64,000 bases of DNA from an uncultured Nitrospinota bacterium (GCA_963707985.1 CAVPRW010000023.1:64001-128000), one strand, 5' to 3'. Counted from the stretch's first letter, positions 35,357 through 48,294 are shown. The notes: generated by a model from the sequence alone, not told the origin. Numbers and translations: made by a program.

Positions 35357-35816
35357 GTCTCTCGGCCCGAGCCTTCATCGTTCACACCTGCGTCCGGGGA
35401 AGTCTCTCGTCACGACGCGCCGCGTACATCCCTCCCATGTCCCACCGAGCGCACGGCCTCCGGGGTCCCAGTGCAAGGCAGTCCAGGAATCCATTATAGC
35501 AGCGGCGCATGGACTGCTGCAGCCCACCCTCTTCTTAGGTCTCATCGCCTCTATGGACCCACCCTCGTTGGCAAGAGCTAACTTTTTCATGGCAGGAAGA
35601 ATCCGACTGCATGCCTCTATCGGCCTAGACAGTGGAGAATTCTGTGATCTCCTGGCCTGGTGGGCCATCTCTGGCCCATGGGGCAGCATCGGGCTGGCTC
35701 CGGTCAGGGGCCTGAGAGCCATGGTGCCTTGACAGGAGCCGGTGGCCCTTGCTATCGTCTAGGTAACTGTCGGGCTAGCAGCGATGCCGGTTGCGCCAAC
35801 GAGGGGAGGAAGAACG

Positions 35817-36471
35817 ATGCAAGGCAGCGAGCCAGCATCTCAGGACGCCGCTGCATCAAGGATACGGGGACAGCAGGCAGACCAGGAAGACCTCCGGCTC
35901 ATCGAGCGTGTCAAGGCAGGCGACCACGACGCATTTGACGTCCTTTTCCAGCGTTACTTTGCCACCGTCTCCCGCCAGGCCATCAGGCTGACAGGTCACC
36001 GCGAGGAGGCAGAGGAGGTGGTGCAAGAGGTCTTCCTCACGGTCTATGAAAAGGCTCACACGTTCCGCGGCACGGCGGCGTTTTCGACCTGGTTGTACCG
36101 GGTCACGGCCAACGCCGCCCTGATCAGGCTCCGACGACGCAAGACGGGGAGAGAGCTGTCGACTCGAGGAGTATCTGCCGAGTTTCCGCGACGATGGTCA
36201 TCACCTCGTGCGGCCGGTCGTCGACTGGTCGAATGAACTCGAAGCGCGTGTGGCCAGTGAGGAGCGGCAGCGACTCATTCAGCAGGCGCTTGACCTGCTG
36301 GCTCCGGTGGATAAGGCGGTGGTCGTCTTGAGTGATCTGGAGGGTTTTTCAGACCGTGAAATCGCCTCAACCCTCGGGTTAAGCGTCTCCGCAGTCAAGG
36401 CACGTTTGCATCGGAGCCGCCTGGCCTTGCGCGGAAAATTGGCGGCCTCACTGGGATACTCACCTTCGTAG
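35817..36471 (+). CDS. ECF RNA polymerase sigma-70 factor, one frameshift
   Basis: AEEVVQEVF, FSTWLYRV, EIASTLGLSVSAVKARLHR. Confidence 0.9.
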
Positions 36472-36484
36472 GGAGTTGATCGTC

Positions 36485-36772
36485 ATGGCTCAACAGCACC
36501 TCACGGCCAATGCATCAAGGGCACGGTTGACCTGTGAACAGGTCACGAAGCTGATTCGAGACTATCTTCAGGGAGACTTGCCTCCTGATATCACCGCGAG
36601 TTTTGAGGAGCATCTCAGTCGTTGCGACGACTGCGTGGCCTTTATCAAAACCTATCAGCAGACCGTGCAGGAGGTCCAATCGCTGAGGTATGAGGACATG
36701 CCCCAGGAGATGCAGGTCCGCGTGCGACAATTTCTTCGCGCCAACATGAAAAACATGCCGCCCAGCCGCTAA
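36485..36772 (+). CDS. soluble zf-HC2 anti-sigma factor
   Basis: C...HLSRCDDC zinc motif; no TM segment. Confidence 0.85.
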   Translation: MAQQHLTANASRARLTCEQVTKLIRDYLQGDLPPDITASFEEHLSRCDDCVAFIKTYQQTVQEVQSLRYEDMPQEMQVRVRQFLRANMKNMPPSR

Positions 36773-37075
36773 GCCGCTCCCACATCCCCCTCGACGTGTT
36801 CACATCCCCGCTGGGGCCTCGCGATTGATGTGACCAAAGACGTTGGCCAGGAGCGCCGCTCACAGACGGTATACATCGTCCGGATTCCAACCATCTGAAG
36901 ACGAGACACTCTTCCCTACATCGTTTTCCGCACCGCCGCATCCAAGCATACTGAAGCCCCTTCTGTAGGCTCCTCCGATCAGAGGGCGTCTCCTTGCCCT
37001 GCCCCGATCAGGTGGGCGTAGACATGGGGCATGGCCGAAGATTTTGGGCGACATCGACCATCAGGAGGCCGTTCG

Positions 37076-38424
37076 ATGAGCAGCGACGGAATCACCCGGA
37101 TTCTCATCCTCGGAGGGGGGTTTGGGGGCTTGTACGCAGCGATGGAGTTGGATAAGAGGCTGGCGCGCGATGCCGACGTCGAGATCACCCTGATCAACCG
37201 CGAGAACTTTTTCCTCTTCACCCCAATGCTCCATGAAGTGGCGGCGAGCGATCTGGATCTGACACACATTGTCAACCCCGTCCAGAAGCTGCTCCGACGT
37301 GTGAAGTTCTTTGCCGGGGACGTGGAGGCCATCGATCTACCCGGCAAACGGGTGGTGGTGTCGCATGGCTTCGATCACCATCATCACGACATGCCCTACG
37401 ATCATCTCGTCATCGCCCTGGGCTCGATCACCAATTTCTTCAACCTGCCGGGGTTGCAGGAGCGGGCCCTGACCATGAAAACGCTCGGGGACGCGATCAC
37501 CCTGCGCAATCGCCTGATCGCCCTGTTGCAAGAGGCCAACAGCGAAGGCTGCGCCGCCATCCGTGAACCGCTGCTCACCGTGGTGGTCGCCGGCGGCGGA
37601 TTTGCCGGGGTGGAGACCATCGCGGCGGTGAATGATTTCGTGCGCCACGCCCTCAAGTTCTATCCCAATTGTCAGGAGCAGCATGTGCGGATGGTGCTGG
37701 TGCATCCCGGATCCGTGATCCTCCCAGAATTGGGGGAAAAGCTGGGGTCCTACGCCCAGAAAAAATTGGCCGCGCGCAAGGTCGACATCCGGGTCAATAC
37801 CAGAGTGACCGGCGTTTCCGAGCATGGCATCGAACTCCATGATGGCACGGTCATCACCGGCAATACCCTGGTGTGGACGGCCGGGACCTCTCCCAACCCC
37901 TTGCTGGAGAGCCTGCCATGCCAGAAAGAGCGCGGCCGTCTCCTGGTCAACGAGTATCTGGAAGTACCCGAATGGCCAGGGGTGTGGGCGCTTGGCGATT
38001 GCGCCGTCATTCCCGATCTGCAGACGGGCAAAGCCTACCCCCCGACGGCGCAACACGCGCTTCGGGAGGGCAAGTCCTGGCGCAGAACCTGACGGCGGCG
38101 GTGCGCGGCGGCCAGAGGAAGCCTTTTGTCTTCAAGACCATCGGACAACTGGCCTCTCTCGGTCGACGCACGGGGGTGGCCAACGTCATGGGGATGAATT
38201 TCTCGGGCTTCATCGCCTGGTGGCTGTGGCGCACGATTTACTTGAGCAAGTTGCCACGCTTTGAAAAGAAGTTACGAGTCGCCCTGGATTGGACCTTGGA
38301 CCTGCTGTTCTCCAAGGACCTCGTGCAATTCCTGACTTTCCATGCCCCCACGATTTCGCATGCGGAAGCGAACGAGCAGGCCGCGACGGGGGAGTCGCAC
38401 ACACGTGCGGCGGCCATGCGCTAG
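37076..38424 (+). CDS. type II NADH dehydrogenase-like FAD oxidoreductase, one frameshift
   Basis: GGGFGG, GGGFAGVE, ALGDCA, PPTAQHA, WWLWRTIYL. Confidence 0.9.
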
Positions 38425-38911
38425 ACCTGGGCCAGCCGCTGCACACGAGGCATGCTGTCGGTCCTTCCGGGTCCCCCCCCGAACAACCCCTCACCCAGGG
38501 GCTGACAAGGGTAGGTTGTTTCTCTCTCGGGGGGTCTCACAGTGCTCGTTCTCCTTCTTCTAAGGAGAGCGAGCGTGCGGAGCGCTAGTGGCTTTGGACC
38601 TCAATCCCTCACCCTGTCCCTAGAGGTCTCGGGAGAGCGGGTGCGCGATTTCCTCGCAAACAGGATGAGACGGTCTGGAGATGATGGCTGGCCTCGTTCA
38701 GGGCCTGCACAACTGTTCTTCAGCCACCTGATGGCGCGACTATGTTGACTGGCGACAGACGCCGAGCATAGACGCATGATCCTGATGCCGCTGGTGATCG
38801 TCTGGATCCTTTAAACCTGCATCCTTTTCCCGAGTGCTGTATCAAAGACTGGTGAAGGCGAGAGACGAAGTCGCGGAAACCCGCAACTGATGCGTGTTGA
38901 AGGAGATATCC

Positions 38912-40258
38912 ATGTCTCAAGCACAGCATTTTGACGTGATCATCATCGGCACTGGGGCGGGGGGCGGCACGAGGCGCGAAGACTTCGGCGAGATCAAACA
39001 CTATGGCGGGATCTCACCGGCCTGGCCACTCACCTATGCCGATCTGGAACCATACTACACCAAGGCTGAGCAACTCTATCAGGTCCATGGCCGGCGCGGC
39101 GAAGATCCCACTGAGCCGCCAGCCTGCGTCCCCTTTCCGCACCCGCCGGTCAGCCACGAACCGCGCCTCCAGCAATTGAGCGACGACTTCGCCCGACTGG
39201 GTTTGCAGCCCTTTCATACGCCCTTAGGCGTCATGTTGAACGAAGCACAGCCACACCACAGTCGATGCATTCGCTGCGACACCTGCGACGGCTTCCCCTG
39301 CCTGCTGTCGGCCAAGTCGGATGCCCAGGTGTGCTGCGTCGATCCCGCCTTACAGCATCCAAACCTCACACTCCTGACCAACGCCTATGTGTCGCGTCTG
39401 GAAAGCAGTGCGTCCGGTCGCAAAATCTCTCAGGTTCATGTCGAACGCGACGGCAGACATGAAACGTATTCAGCCGACATCGTCGTCGTCTCTTGTGGCG
39501 CCATCAACTCAGCAGCGCTGCTGCTGCGCTCCGCCAGTGAGAAGCATTCACAGGGTCTGGCGAATCGCTCGGGCGTCGTCGGACGACATTACATGGGGCA
39601 CATCAACTCGGTGTTGATGGCCATCTCCAAGTGTCCCAACCCCACGGTGTTTCAAAAATCCCTATCGCTCAACGACTTCTATTTCGGCTGCGAGGACTGG
39701 AAGTACCCCATGGGGCATATCTCCTTCGTCGGCAAGCTCGACGCCGTGACGCTGAAAGCCGGAGCACCAGCGATCGCACCCAAATGGACGCTCGATCTGA
39801 TGGCCACCCATTCGCTGGACTTCTGGTTGACCTCAGAGGACCTCCCGGACCCGCAGAATCGAGTTACGCTCGACCGTGAGGGCCACATCGTTCTGACGTA
39901 CCAGCCTAATAACGAAGAGGGTCACACACGCCTCATCGCCGAGCTGCGCAGCCTGATGCAGCACCAAACCCGGTGCCCCGTCCACGGCCACGAATGTCAT
40001 GAGGGCTTGTTCGCACGCAACCTGTTCGTCGGTCAGCGCATTCCGCTGGCCGGCGTGGCGCACCAAAATGGCACCATCCGCTTCGGACATGATCCCAAGA
40101 CCTCGGCGCTCGATGTCAATTGCAAGGCCCACGACGTCGACAACCTTTACGTCGTCGACGCCAGCTTTTTCCCATCAAGTGGGGCGGTGAATCCGGCTTT
40201 GACCATCATGGCCAATGCCCTGCGTGTGGGAGATCACCTGAGCGAACGACTGGGATAG
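38912..40258 (+). pseudogene. GMC oxidoreductase with in-frame internal deletion
   Basis: GTGAGGGT is followed immediately by RREDF (the LLLERG and GGNT segments are missing); CIRCDTCDGFPC, AHQNGT and VNPALT are present. Confidence 0.8.
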
Positions 40259-40313
40259 GTGGCCGCTCATGGCCAGGACGCAACGTCTGTCACACGAGAG
40301 AGGAGGAGTACTG

Positions 40314-40823
40314 ATGACCGGCACAATGGAACGACGCCACAACACCACGCCAATGATGGCCCAGACTATGGAGTACGAGGCCACGCTGCAGGCTATTGGT
40401 GCCTATCTGCTGCGCTACGGCCTGGTGTTCGTGATCGCCTGGATCGGTTTCATGAAATTTACCGCCTACGAAGCGGCCGGCATTCAACCGCTGGTGGCCA
40501 ATAGTCCATTGATGGGCTGGGTCTATGGCATCTGGAGCGTGCGTGCCTTCTCGGCGGTGCTGGGAGTTGTCGAGATCGCCATCGCGGCGATGATCGCGCT
40601 GCGGGTCGTGTCGCCGACAGTATGCGCCATCGGCAGTGCCCTGGCGATCGGCATGTTTTTCACCACCTTGACCTTTATCCTCTCGACCCCCGGCTGGGAG
40701 GCAAGCCTGGGCGGTTTTCCGGCCCTATCGGTGGTACCAGGCCAGTTCATTCTGAAAGACATCGTCCTGTTAGGGGCGGCAGTCTGGTCCCTGGGTGAAG
40801 CGCTCCCACACGCACGTGCATGA
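40314..40823 (+). CDS. DUF417 (YkgB/RclC-like) membrane protein
   Basis: MKFTAYEA.GIQPLVANSP, GQFILKD. Confidence 0.88.
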   Translation: MTGTMERRHNTTPMMAQTMEYEATLQAIGAYLLRYGLVFVIAWIGFMKFTAYEAAGIQPLVANSPLMGWVYGIWSVRAFSAVLGVVEIAIAAMIALRVVSPTVCAIGSALAIGMFFTTLTFILSTPGWEASLGGFPALSVVPGQFILKDIVLLGAAVWSLGEALPHARA

Positions 40824-41062
40824 GGCTCGCGATCATGCGGACACGGGGAACGGTGATTCGGTTGAGTGGCGTGGTCCTGTGCTGCTGGCTGTCACTGGCA
40901 TCGGCGCAGGAGTCGCAAACATCGCTCGTCGACAGGATGGAAGCTGTGGGGATGACGGTGGCGGACATGGAACGTTCGATGGCGTTCTACACCAACGTCC
41001 TGGCCTTCGAGTATGATGCGCACGGCCCCAGCGGCCGAGGCGCAGTGAAGGAGAGGCCGTGA
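40820..41062 (+). pseudogene. VOC/glyoxalase family N-terminal fragment
   Basis: Signal-like N-terminus, then VGMTVADMERSMAFYTNVLAF, then truncation. Confidence 0.7.
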
Positions 41063-43711
41063 CGCACGAAGAACGTCGACTCGAAGAATCCCAGCAACGG
41101 ACAGGCCACTGGAAGCGCTGGGGGCACTATCTGAGCGAGCGCGCCTGGGGGACGGTGCGGGAGGATTACAGCCCCGATGGCCATGCCTGGGACGACTTTC
41201 CCCATGACCATGCCCGTTCCAAAGCCGATCGCTGGGGTGAAGACGGCATCGGCGGCGTCTGCGATCGGCATCAATTCATCTGCTTCGCGCTCGCCCTTTG
41301 GAATGGCTGCGACCCCATCATCAAGGAACGGCTGTTCGGGTTGACCGGCAACGAAGGGAATCACGGCGAAGACGTCAAAGAGTATTACTTCTACCTCGAT
41401 TCCACCCCCACGCACTCCTACATGAAATTTCTCTATAAGTACCCGCAGAGGGCGTTTCCGTATGCCGCGCTGGTCGAGGAGAATCGGCACCGGGGGCGAG
41501 AGGCGCCGGAATATGAGCTCCTCGACACCGGCGTGTTCGATGACGACTGCTACTTCGACGTCTTTGTGGAGTACGCCAAGGGAACCCCCGAGGATATCCT
41601 CATCCGCATGCAGGTCATCAACTGCGGCCCGGAGACGGCCGCGTTGCACCTACTCCCGACGCTCTGGTTCCGCAACACCTGGTCGTGGGGCTACGATGTC
41701 CGCCGTCCCCAGTTACGGGCAGGGGAGAGCGTCAAAGGCGTCAAAGCCATCGCCCTCTCACACGACCACTATGGTGAGCGCATCCTCTATTGCGAGGGGC
41801 AACCGGAGTTGCTGTTCACCGAGAATGACACCAACCATCAGCGGCTCTACGGTGTCGAAAATCGTACGCCCTATGTCAAAGATGGCATCAACAACTACAT
41901 CGTGCACGGCGCCAGGGAGGCGGTGAACCCCGAACAGACCGGCACCAAAGCTGCGGCGCATTACGCCCTGTCACTCGGGCCGGGTGAAGCCGCAACGGTG
42001 CGTTTGCGCTTCACCGAACCTGGCCTGGTCTCCCCGCGCCGCCATCCGTTTGGCGTCGGCTTTGACCAGCTCTTCGCCACTCGCCACCGCGAAGCCGACG
42101 ACTTTTATGCCACGGTCATTCCCCAGGACCTGTCAGCCGATGCGCAACGCGTCATGCGCCAGGCCTTTGCCGGGCTCTTATGGTCCAAGCAGTTTTATCA
42201 CTACGTCGTCGAGCCCTGGCTGCGTGGCGACCCGGCAGGTCCTCCACCGCCAAGCCAGCGCTGGGATGGTCGCAACCAGGCCTGGCGGCATCTCTATAAC
42301 GATCGATGTCATCTCCATGCCCGACAAATGGGAATACCCGTGGTATGCCGCCTGGGACCTGGCTTTCCATTGCATTCCGCTGGCCCTGGTCGATGCCGAA
42401 TTCGCCAAGCAGCAGTTGGCGCTCATGTTACGCGAATGGTACATGCACCCCAATGGCCAACTCCCAGCCTACGAATGGGCCTTTGACGACGTCAATCCAC
42501 CGGTCCACGCCTGGGCCGCCTGGCGGGTGTACAAGATTGAGCAGAAGCGGCGCGGCGTCGGCGATCGTGTCTTCCTGGAAAGCGTCTTTCACAAGCTGCT
42601 GTTGAACTTCACCTGGTGGGTGAATCGCAAGGACGCGGAAGGCAAAAACATCTTCCAGGGGGGCTTTCTCGGACTGGATAACATCGGCGTCTTCGACCGC
42701 AGCGCCCCGTTGCCCACCGGCGGACACATCGAGCAATCCGATGGCACGGCCTGGATGGGGATGTACTGTCTGAATATGCTGGCCATCGCCCTGGAGCTGG
42801 CCCGCGACAACCCGGCCTATGAGAACGTCGCCTCGAAGTTCTTCGAGCACTTTGTGTACATTGCGCATGCCATGGACCACCGTGGCGACGAAGGGCTTGA
42901 GTTATGGGATGAAGAAGACGGCTTTTTCTACGACGTCCTGCACCTGACCAACGGCGATCACGTCAAGGTGCGGCTGCGCTCCATGGTGGGCCTCATCCCG
43001 CTGTTCGCGGTCGAGACCTTGGAACCCGATATCGTCGATCGACTGCCGGGCTTCAAGCGCCGCCTGCAGTGGTTTGTCGACAATCGACCGGATTTCCGCG
43101 AACACGTCGAGATGATCGGGACCCCCGGCGGCGGCATGCGGCGGCTGCTGTCCATCGTCAATCGCGAGCAACTGCCGCGTGTCCTGCGCTTCATGCTGGA
43201 TGAGGACGAGTTTCTCTCGCCGTATGGCATTCGCGCCCTCTCCCAGCGCCACCGCGAGCAGCCATACATGCTGGCGCTCAACGGCATGCACTATCAGGTG
43301 GACTACGAACCGGCCGAGTCGAGCACCGGCCTGTTCGGCGGAAACTCCAATTGGCGCGGGCCGGTCTGGTTTCCGGTGAACTACCTGCTCATCGAAGCGC
43401 TGCAGAAGTTCCATTACTTCTTCGGCGACGACCTGAAGGTGGAATGTCCCACCGGCTCGGGCCAGGTGATGAACCTGTGGGAGACGGCCGCTGAGCTGTC
43501 GCGGCGGCTGACGCGTATCTTCCTGCGCAATGTCGAGGGCACGCGGCCAGTGTTCGGTGGTGCCGAGAAATTTCAGCACGATCCGCAGTGGCACGACTAC
43601 GTGCCCTTCTATGAATACTTCCATGGTGATAATGGCGCGGGCCTCGGCGCCAGCCATCAGACCGGCTGGACGGGGCTGGTCGCCAAGTTGCTGCAGCAGA
43701 GCGGTGCATGA
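41059..43711 (+). CDS. GH63 (MGH1-like) glycoside hydrolase, one frameshift near 42300
   Basis: [44 protein letters not shown]. Confidence 0.9.
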
Positions 43712-43924
43712 CCAGGAGAAGCGGATAATGCCAGCAGGTAGCTGGAGCGATTGGGGAAAACTCGAGTCGTGTCCTCAGCTCGCTGGCTCGCCATGGCATT
43801 CAGGAGCGCTGGGCTGACCTCGCCATGGCCGCACTCGTCTGACGTCTCTAGTGTAGAAGGGTGATGTCACTCATCTGGCGGCGGCTGACCCCGCCCTGAC
43901 AGTTTACCCAAGGAGGTTAACATC

Positions 43925-45028
43925 ATGAAAGCCATCGCCGTGTTTCCAGGAACCCCCAACAGTGTCCACCTGGCCGACCTACCAAAACCTTCGCTCGAGG
44001 ATATTCCAAACGGGCGCGGGGTCTTGGTGAAGGTCCTCCGCGTCGGCGTCGATGGCACGGATCGGGAGATCAATGCCGCCGAATATGGCGCCGTCCCCGA
44101 CGGCGACGATTTTCTCGTGATTGGTCACGAGAGCTTTGGACGGGTGGAGGCGGTCGGCCCTGATGTGACCGAGTTGCAGCCTGGCGATTACGTGGTGGCG
44201 ACGGTGCGGCGGCCGGGTTCGAGTCTCTACGATCAGATCGGCACCTACGATATGACCACCGATGACACTTACTACGAGCGCGGCATCAATCTCCGCCATG
44301 GCTATCTCACCGAGTATTACGTCGACGCGCCCGACTACATCGTGAACGTCCCGCAGGGCCTGAAAGAGGTCGGGGTGTTGCTGGAGCCGGTGACGGTCGT
44401 GGAGAAGGGCCTTGCCCAGGCATACGAGATCCAGCGCCGGCTGCGGGTGTGGCGGCCGCGGCGGGCCGCCGTCATGGGCGCTGGCACGGTCGGGCTCTTG
44501 GCCACGTTGATGCTGCGCTTGCGGGGGCTCGAGGTGACGACCTTCGGCCTCAGCCGTAAGCCCTATCGTAACGCCGATCTCATCGAGGCGTTGGGGGCGT
44601 GTTACGAATCGACGGCAGATGTCTCGATCCTCGAAGGGGCGAAGCACTATGGGCCGTTCGACCTGATGTTCGAGGCCACGGGTTTCTCGCCCATCGTCTT
44701 CGAGAGCATGCAGGCGCTGGGCAAAAACGGCGTGCTCGTCCTGTCCAGCGTCACCGGCGGCGACCGCAAGGTCGAGGTCCCGGCGGATCAGATCAATTTG
44801 CAGTTCGTGCTGGGCAACAAAGTCATGGTCGGCACCGTCAACGCCAACCGTGAATATTTTGAGGTCGGGGTGCGCGATATGGCACAGGCGGAAGCCCAGT
44901 ATCCGGGCTGGCTAGGACAGCTGCTCACGCATCCGGTCAAAGGTCTGGAGCATTACCAGGAGCTGTTCGACCACCTCACCATGGCCAAAGGAGCGATCAA
45001 GATTTATTGCGAGGTGGCGGATCTGTAA
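43925..45028 (+). CDS. zinc-dependent glucose 1-dehydrogenase (MDR family)
   Basis: [29 protein letters not shown]. Confidence 0.88.
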   Translation: MKAIAVFPGTPNSVHLADLPKPSLEDIPNGRGVLVKVLRVGVDGTDREINAAEYGAVPDGDDFLVIGHESFGRVEAVGPDVTELQPGDYVVATVRRPGSSLYDQIGTYDMTTDDTYYERGINLRHGYLTEYYVDAPDYIVNVPQGLKEVGVLLEPVTVVEKGLAQAYEIQRRLRVWRPRRAAVMGAGTVGLLATLMLRLRGLEVTTFGLSRKPYRNADLIEALGACYESTADVSILEGAKHYGPFDLMFEATGFSPIVFESMQALGKNGVLVLSSVTGGDRKVEVPADQINLQFVLGNKVMVGTVNANREYFEVGVRDMAQAEAQYPGWLGQLLTHPVKGLEHYQELFDHLTMAKGAIKIYCEVADL

Positions 45029-45241
45029 TCTGACGCACCCTGTTGCAGGGCATAACACTGATCCCGAGGACGCTACAGGCTGTCATCGGATCACTGTGGC
45101 TGTCGAAGCCTGACGCCGGCTGAGATCCCGCCGTCCCACCGACCTCTGCATCCTTTTTCCCTTCAGGCGCATCTTATGAAATGATTCATGGTAGCATGAC
45201 TCGTGAGCAATGATGAGCGGCCTGATGGTTGGGATCATCCG

Positions 45242-46059
45242 ATGCGTGTAGCGCTGCGACGTCACTGGCCGGAATATTTGATGGAGGCGGCGGGGCTGGG
45301 GCAGTTCATGATTTCCGCCTGTATGTTCGCGGCGCTCCTGGGACATCCGGCTTCGCCCGTGCCCCAGTTCGTGGACAGTCCCCTCGTGCGCCGCCTATGC
45401 ATGGGAATGGCGATGGGCCTGACGGCCATGGGCATTATCTATTCGCCGTGGGGCCAACAATCGGGGGCGCATTTGAACCCCTCGGTGACACTGACGTTTT
45501 TCCGGCTGAGCAAGGTGGCACCCTGGGATGCGCTATTTTACATGATCGCGCAGTTCGCGGGCGGCGTGATCGGCGTCCTCCTTGCGGCCGCCTGCCTCGG
45601 CCGGGTGATCGCCCATCCGTCCGTCAACTACGTGGCGACCGCGCCGGGACGGCTGGTGTAGGCATCGCCTTTCTCGCGGAATTTGTGATCGCCTTCGTGC
45701 TCATGTCCATGGTCCTGCGCGTGCCGAATACCGCGCGTCTGGCCCGCTTTACCGGGCTGTTTGCCGGAGTGCTTGTCGCTACATACATCACCGTCGAAGC
45801 CCCCGTATCCGGCATGAGCATGAACCCGGCCCGCACCTTCGGCTCAGCCCTGGTGTCCCGGCTCTGGACGGCGCTGTGGATTTACTTCGTCGCGCCGCCT
45901 CTGGGGATGCTTGCCGGGGCGGGACTGTACCGGTGGCAACGGGGAGTCCACGCCGTCATCTGCGCCAAACTGCACCATCACAACCATAAGCGCTGTATCT
46001 TCCATTGCGGGTACCAGCAACCGTCTCACCTGGACACGGCCAAGGTCGCAGAGGCCTGA
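45242..46059 (+). CDS. MIP/aquaporin family protein, one frameshift
   Basis: SGAHLNPS and SMNPART motifs. Confidence 0.88.
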
Positions 46060-46069
46060 GGAGACTCCA

Positions 46070-46292
46070 ATGCAGGCGATTACCGTGCAAGTGGAAGGGG
46101 ATATCGAGGAAGGAGACCACAAGGTGCTCCTGCTCACCAAAGTGCACATCAAATATACTCTGAAAATCCCCCAGGGGGACGCGAGCACAGGCCGAGCGCG
46201 CGTTGGCACTGCACCATGCGCAATGCCCGGTGTCGCCATCGGTCGAACGGGGCATTCGCGTCGAGTGGAGCGCCGAGATCACCGAGGTGTAG
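46070..46292 (+). pseudogene. OsmC-like C-terminal fragment, frameshifted
   Basis: VEGDIE..VHIKYTL, then AERALALH..CPVS.SV in the next frame. Confidence 0.55.
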
Positions 46293-46295
46293 TCT

Positions 46296-46965
46296 ATGGC
46301 CAGAACTCAGCCATTCGTCTTCGATGCCTACGGCAGGCTCTTCGATGTGCATGCCGTGGTCACGGCCTTGCAGACAGTGACGCCCGAGGCCGAAGCGGTC
46401 AGCCGGCAATGGCGGGCGAAGCAGCTGGAGTATAGCTGGTTGCGCTCGCTCATGGGATGTTATGTCGACTTCTGGACGGTCACTGAGGAGGCACTGCGGT
46501 TTGCGCTGAAAGGCTTCGCGGTCGGCGTCACACCGGCCCAACACACGGCCCTCCTCAAGGCCTATTTGCAGCTGTCGGCGTATCCAGAAATCCCTGGCTA
46601 CGCTCGAGGCGCTGTCGCCCCGCCCCTGCCTGATACTCTCCAATGGGACGCCGCGTATGCTGGAGGCGGCTGTTGAGTGGAGCGGGCTGGCCGGAAAATT
46701 CACCCATATCTTGAGTGCGGACCAGGTCAGGGTGTACAAGCCTGACCCGCGGGTATATGCTCTGGTGCCCGAGGCGCTTGGGCTGGCGAAGGAGGCGGTC
46801 GTCTTCGTCTCCTCCAATGCGTTTGACGTGATGGGCGCGAAAGCCTATGGCTTTCACGTGGCATGGGTGAATCGCACGCACGCTCAGGCAGACGAATTGG
46901 GGCTCGCACCGGACCTCGTGCTCTCGCGCCTGGATGAGTTGCCGCAGGCGTTCCCGACCGCGTGA
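46296..46965 (+). CDS. haloacid dehalogenase type II, one frameshift
   Basis: FDAYG.LFD, WRAKQLEYSW, LSNG, YKP, VSSNAFD. Confidence 0.88.
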
Positions 46966-47036
46966 ACTCATGGCGAACGTCGTTGATGTGGTAAACATGA
47001 GATTGACCGACAGACGAGAGAAGGGAGGGGAATTCG

Positions 47037-48294
47037 ATGGCTCGACTGGAACAGATGCATTCGGCAATGCGTGCCTCACTACTGGCGATGGAGTGTCCGG
47101 TATTCGACAGCCATGCCTGGGTGACAGGACCGCCGCTGCACCAGCGGCGCGTGGCGCTCGTCTCCACGGCTGGTCTGCATCGGCGGGACGACCGTCCCTT
47201 TGCCTGTGACCTGTGGCAATCTCCGGGCCATCGCGGCAGACTACCGCGTCATTCCCGGTGACATTGTCGCGAATGACCTGGTGATGAGCCATGTGTCGAC
47301 GAATTTCGATCGCACCGGCTTTCAGCAGGATTGGAATGTGGTGTTCCCCCTCGATCGTTTGCACGAATTGGCGGCGCAAGGGGCCATTGGTAGCGCCGCT
47401 GCGTTCCACTATTCTTTTATGGGGGCGACAGACCCCAAACACCTGGAACCGGCAGCCCATGACTTGGCCCGCCTGCTGGCGCAGGACCAGGTCAACGCCG
47501 TGTGCTTGGTGCCAGTTTGACCGGCCTGTACGCGCGCCGTTGGCGCGCTCGCCCACTATCTTGAACATGATGGCATCCCGACCACTCACATCAGCTTGAT
47601 CCGCGAACATACGGCCGTCATCAAGCCGCCACGGGCACTGTGGGTGCCCTTCGAGCTCGGACGCCCCTTGGGAATCCCGAACGATGCCCTCTTCCAACGT
47701 CGCGTGCTGCGCGCCGCCCTAACGCTGCTTGAGGCCCCCACGGGACCGGTCCTCGAGGCGTTCCCTGAGGATGCTACAGTCCATGAGGAGGGTCTGTACG
47801 GCTTCGCCTGCCCGGTCCGCTTCGACACGCCTCCCGCCAATCTGAATGCCGTAGACTTGCTCCGTGCGGCACTCCAGCGAGAGATCAGACAGCTACACAC
47901 CTGGTATGACCTCGGCGTGGTCAGACGGGGGCGTACTACGGTGGGCGTAAGCGGTCTGACGCCAGAGGAGTTGGCCGCCTTTGTCAGCGACTTTCTCGCC
48001 GCCGGCACACCGTCCAATCCTCGGCCAGACGTACCGCTGGCCACCCTCTTTCGATTCGCCGTCGAAGATCTGAAATCCTACTACTTCGAGGCCGTGACCG
48101 CCCAGCCTGGTCAGCAGGCCGTCGATAGCACGGGGCTCGCCGACTGGTTCTGGCGTGAGACGATGGCGGGGCGCGTGTTGTTCGCCGTGCATGACGCCTG
48201 TCAGCGCAGCGACGTGCCCGGGATCCAGGTAGTGGCCAACAGCTTTCTCATCCCCAGGGCACGCATGGCTGAATCGCCCTATGCCAAGGCCTAG
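47037..48294 (+). CDS. GrdB/PrdB-like reductase selenoprotein B with C-terminal extension (UGA 47518-47520 = probable Sec; one frameshift near 47220)
   Basis: VALVSTAG, D.NVVFPLDRL, SFMGA, LVPV-UGA-PACTRAVG and KPPRAL in one frame across the UGA. Confidence 0.82.
47532..47548 (+). promoter_or_regulatory. candidate bacterial SECIS hairpin
   Basis: GCGCGCC-GTT-GGCGCGC starting 11 nt after the UGA. Confidence 0.6.

Noticed and set aside
46040..46075. OsmC-like gene as a third selenoprotein
   Set aside because: The nearby TGA is the aquaporin stop codon and is out of frame, and the OsmC N-terminal half is absent.
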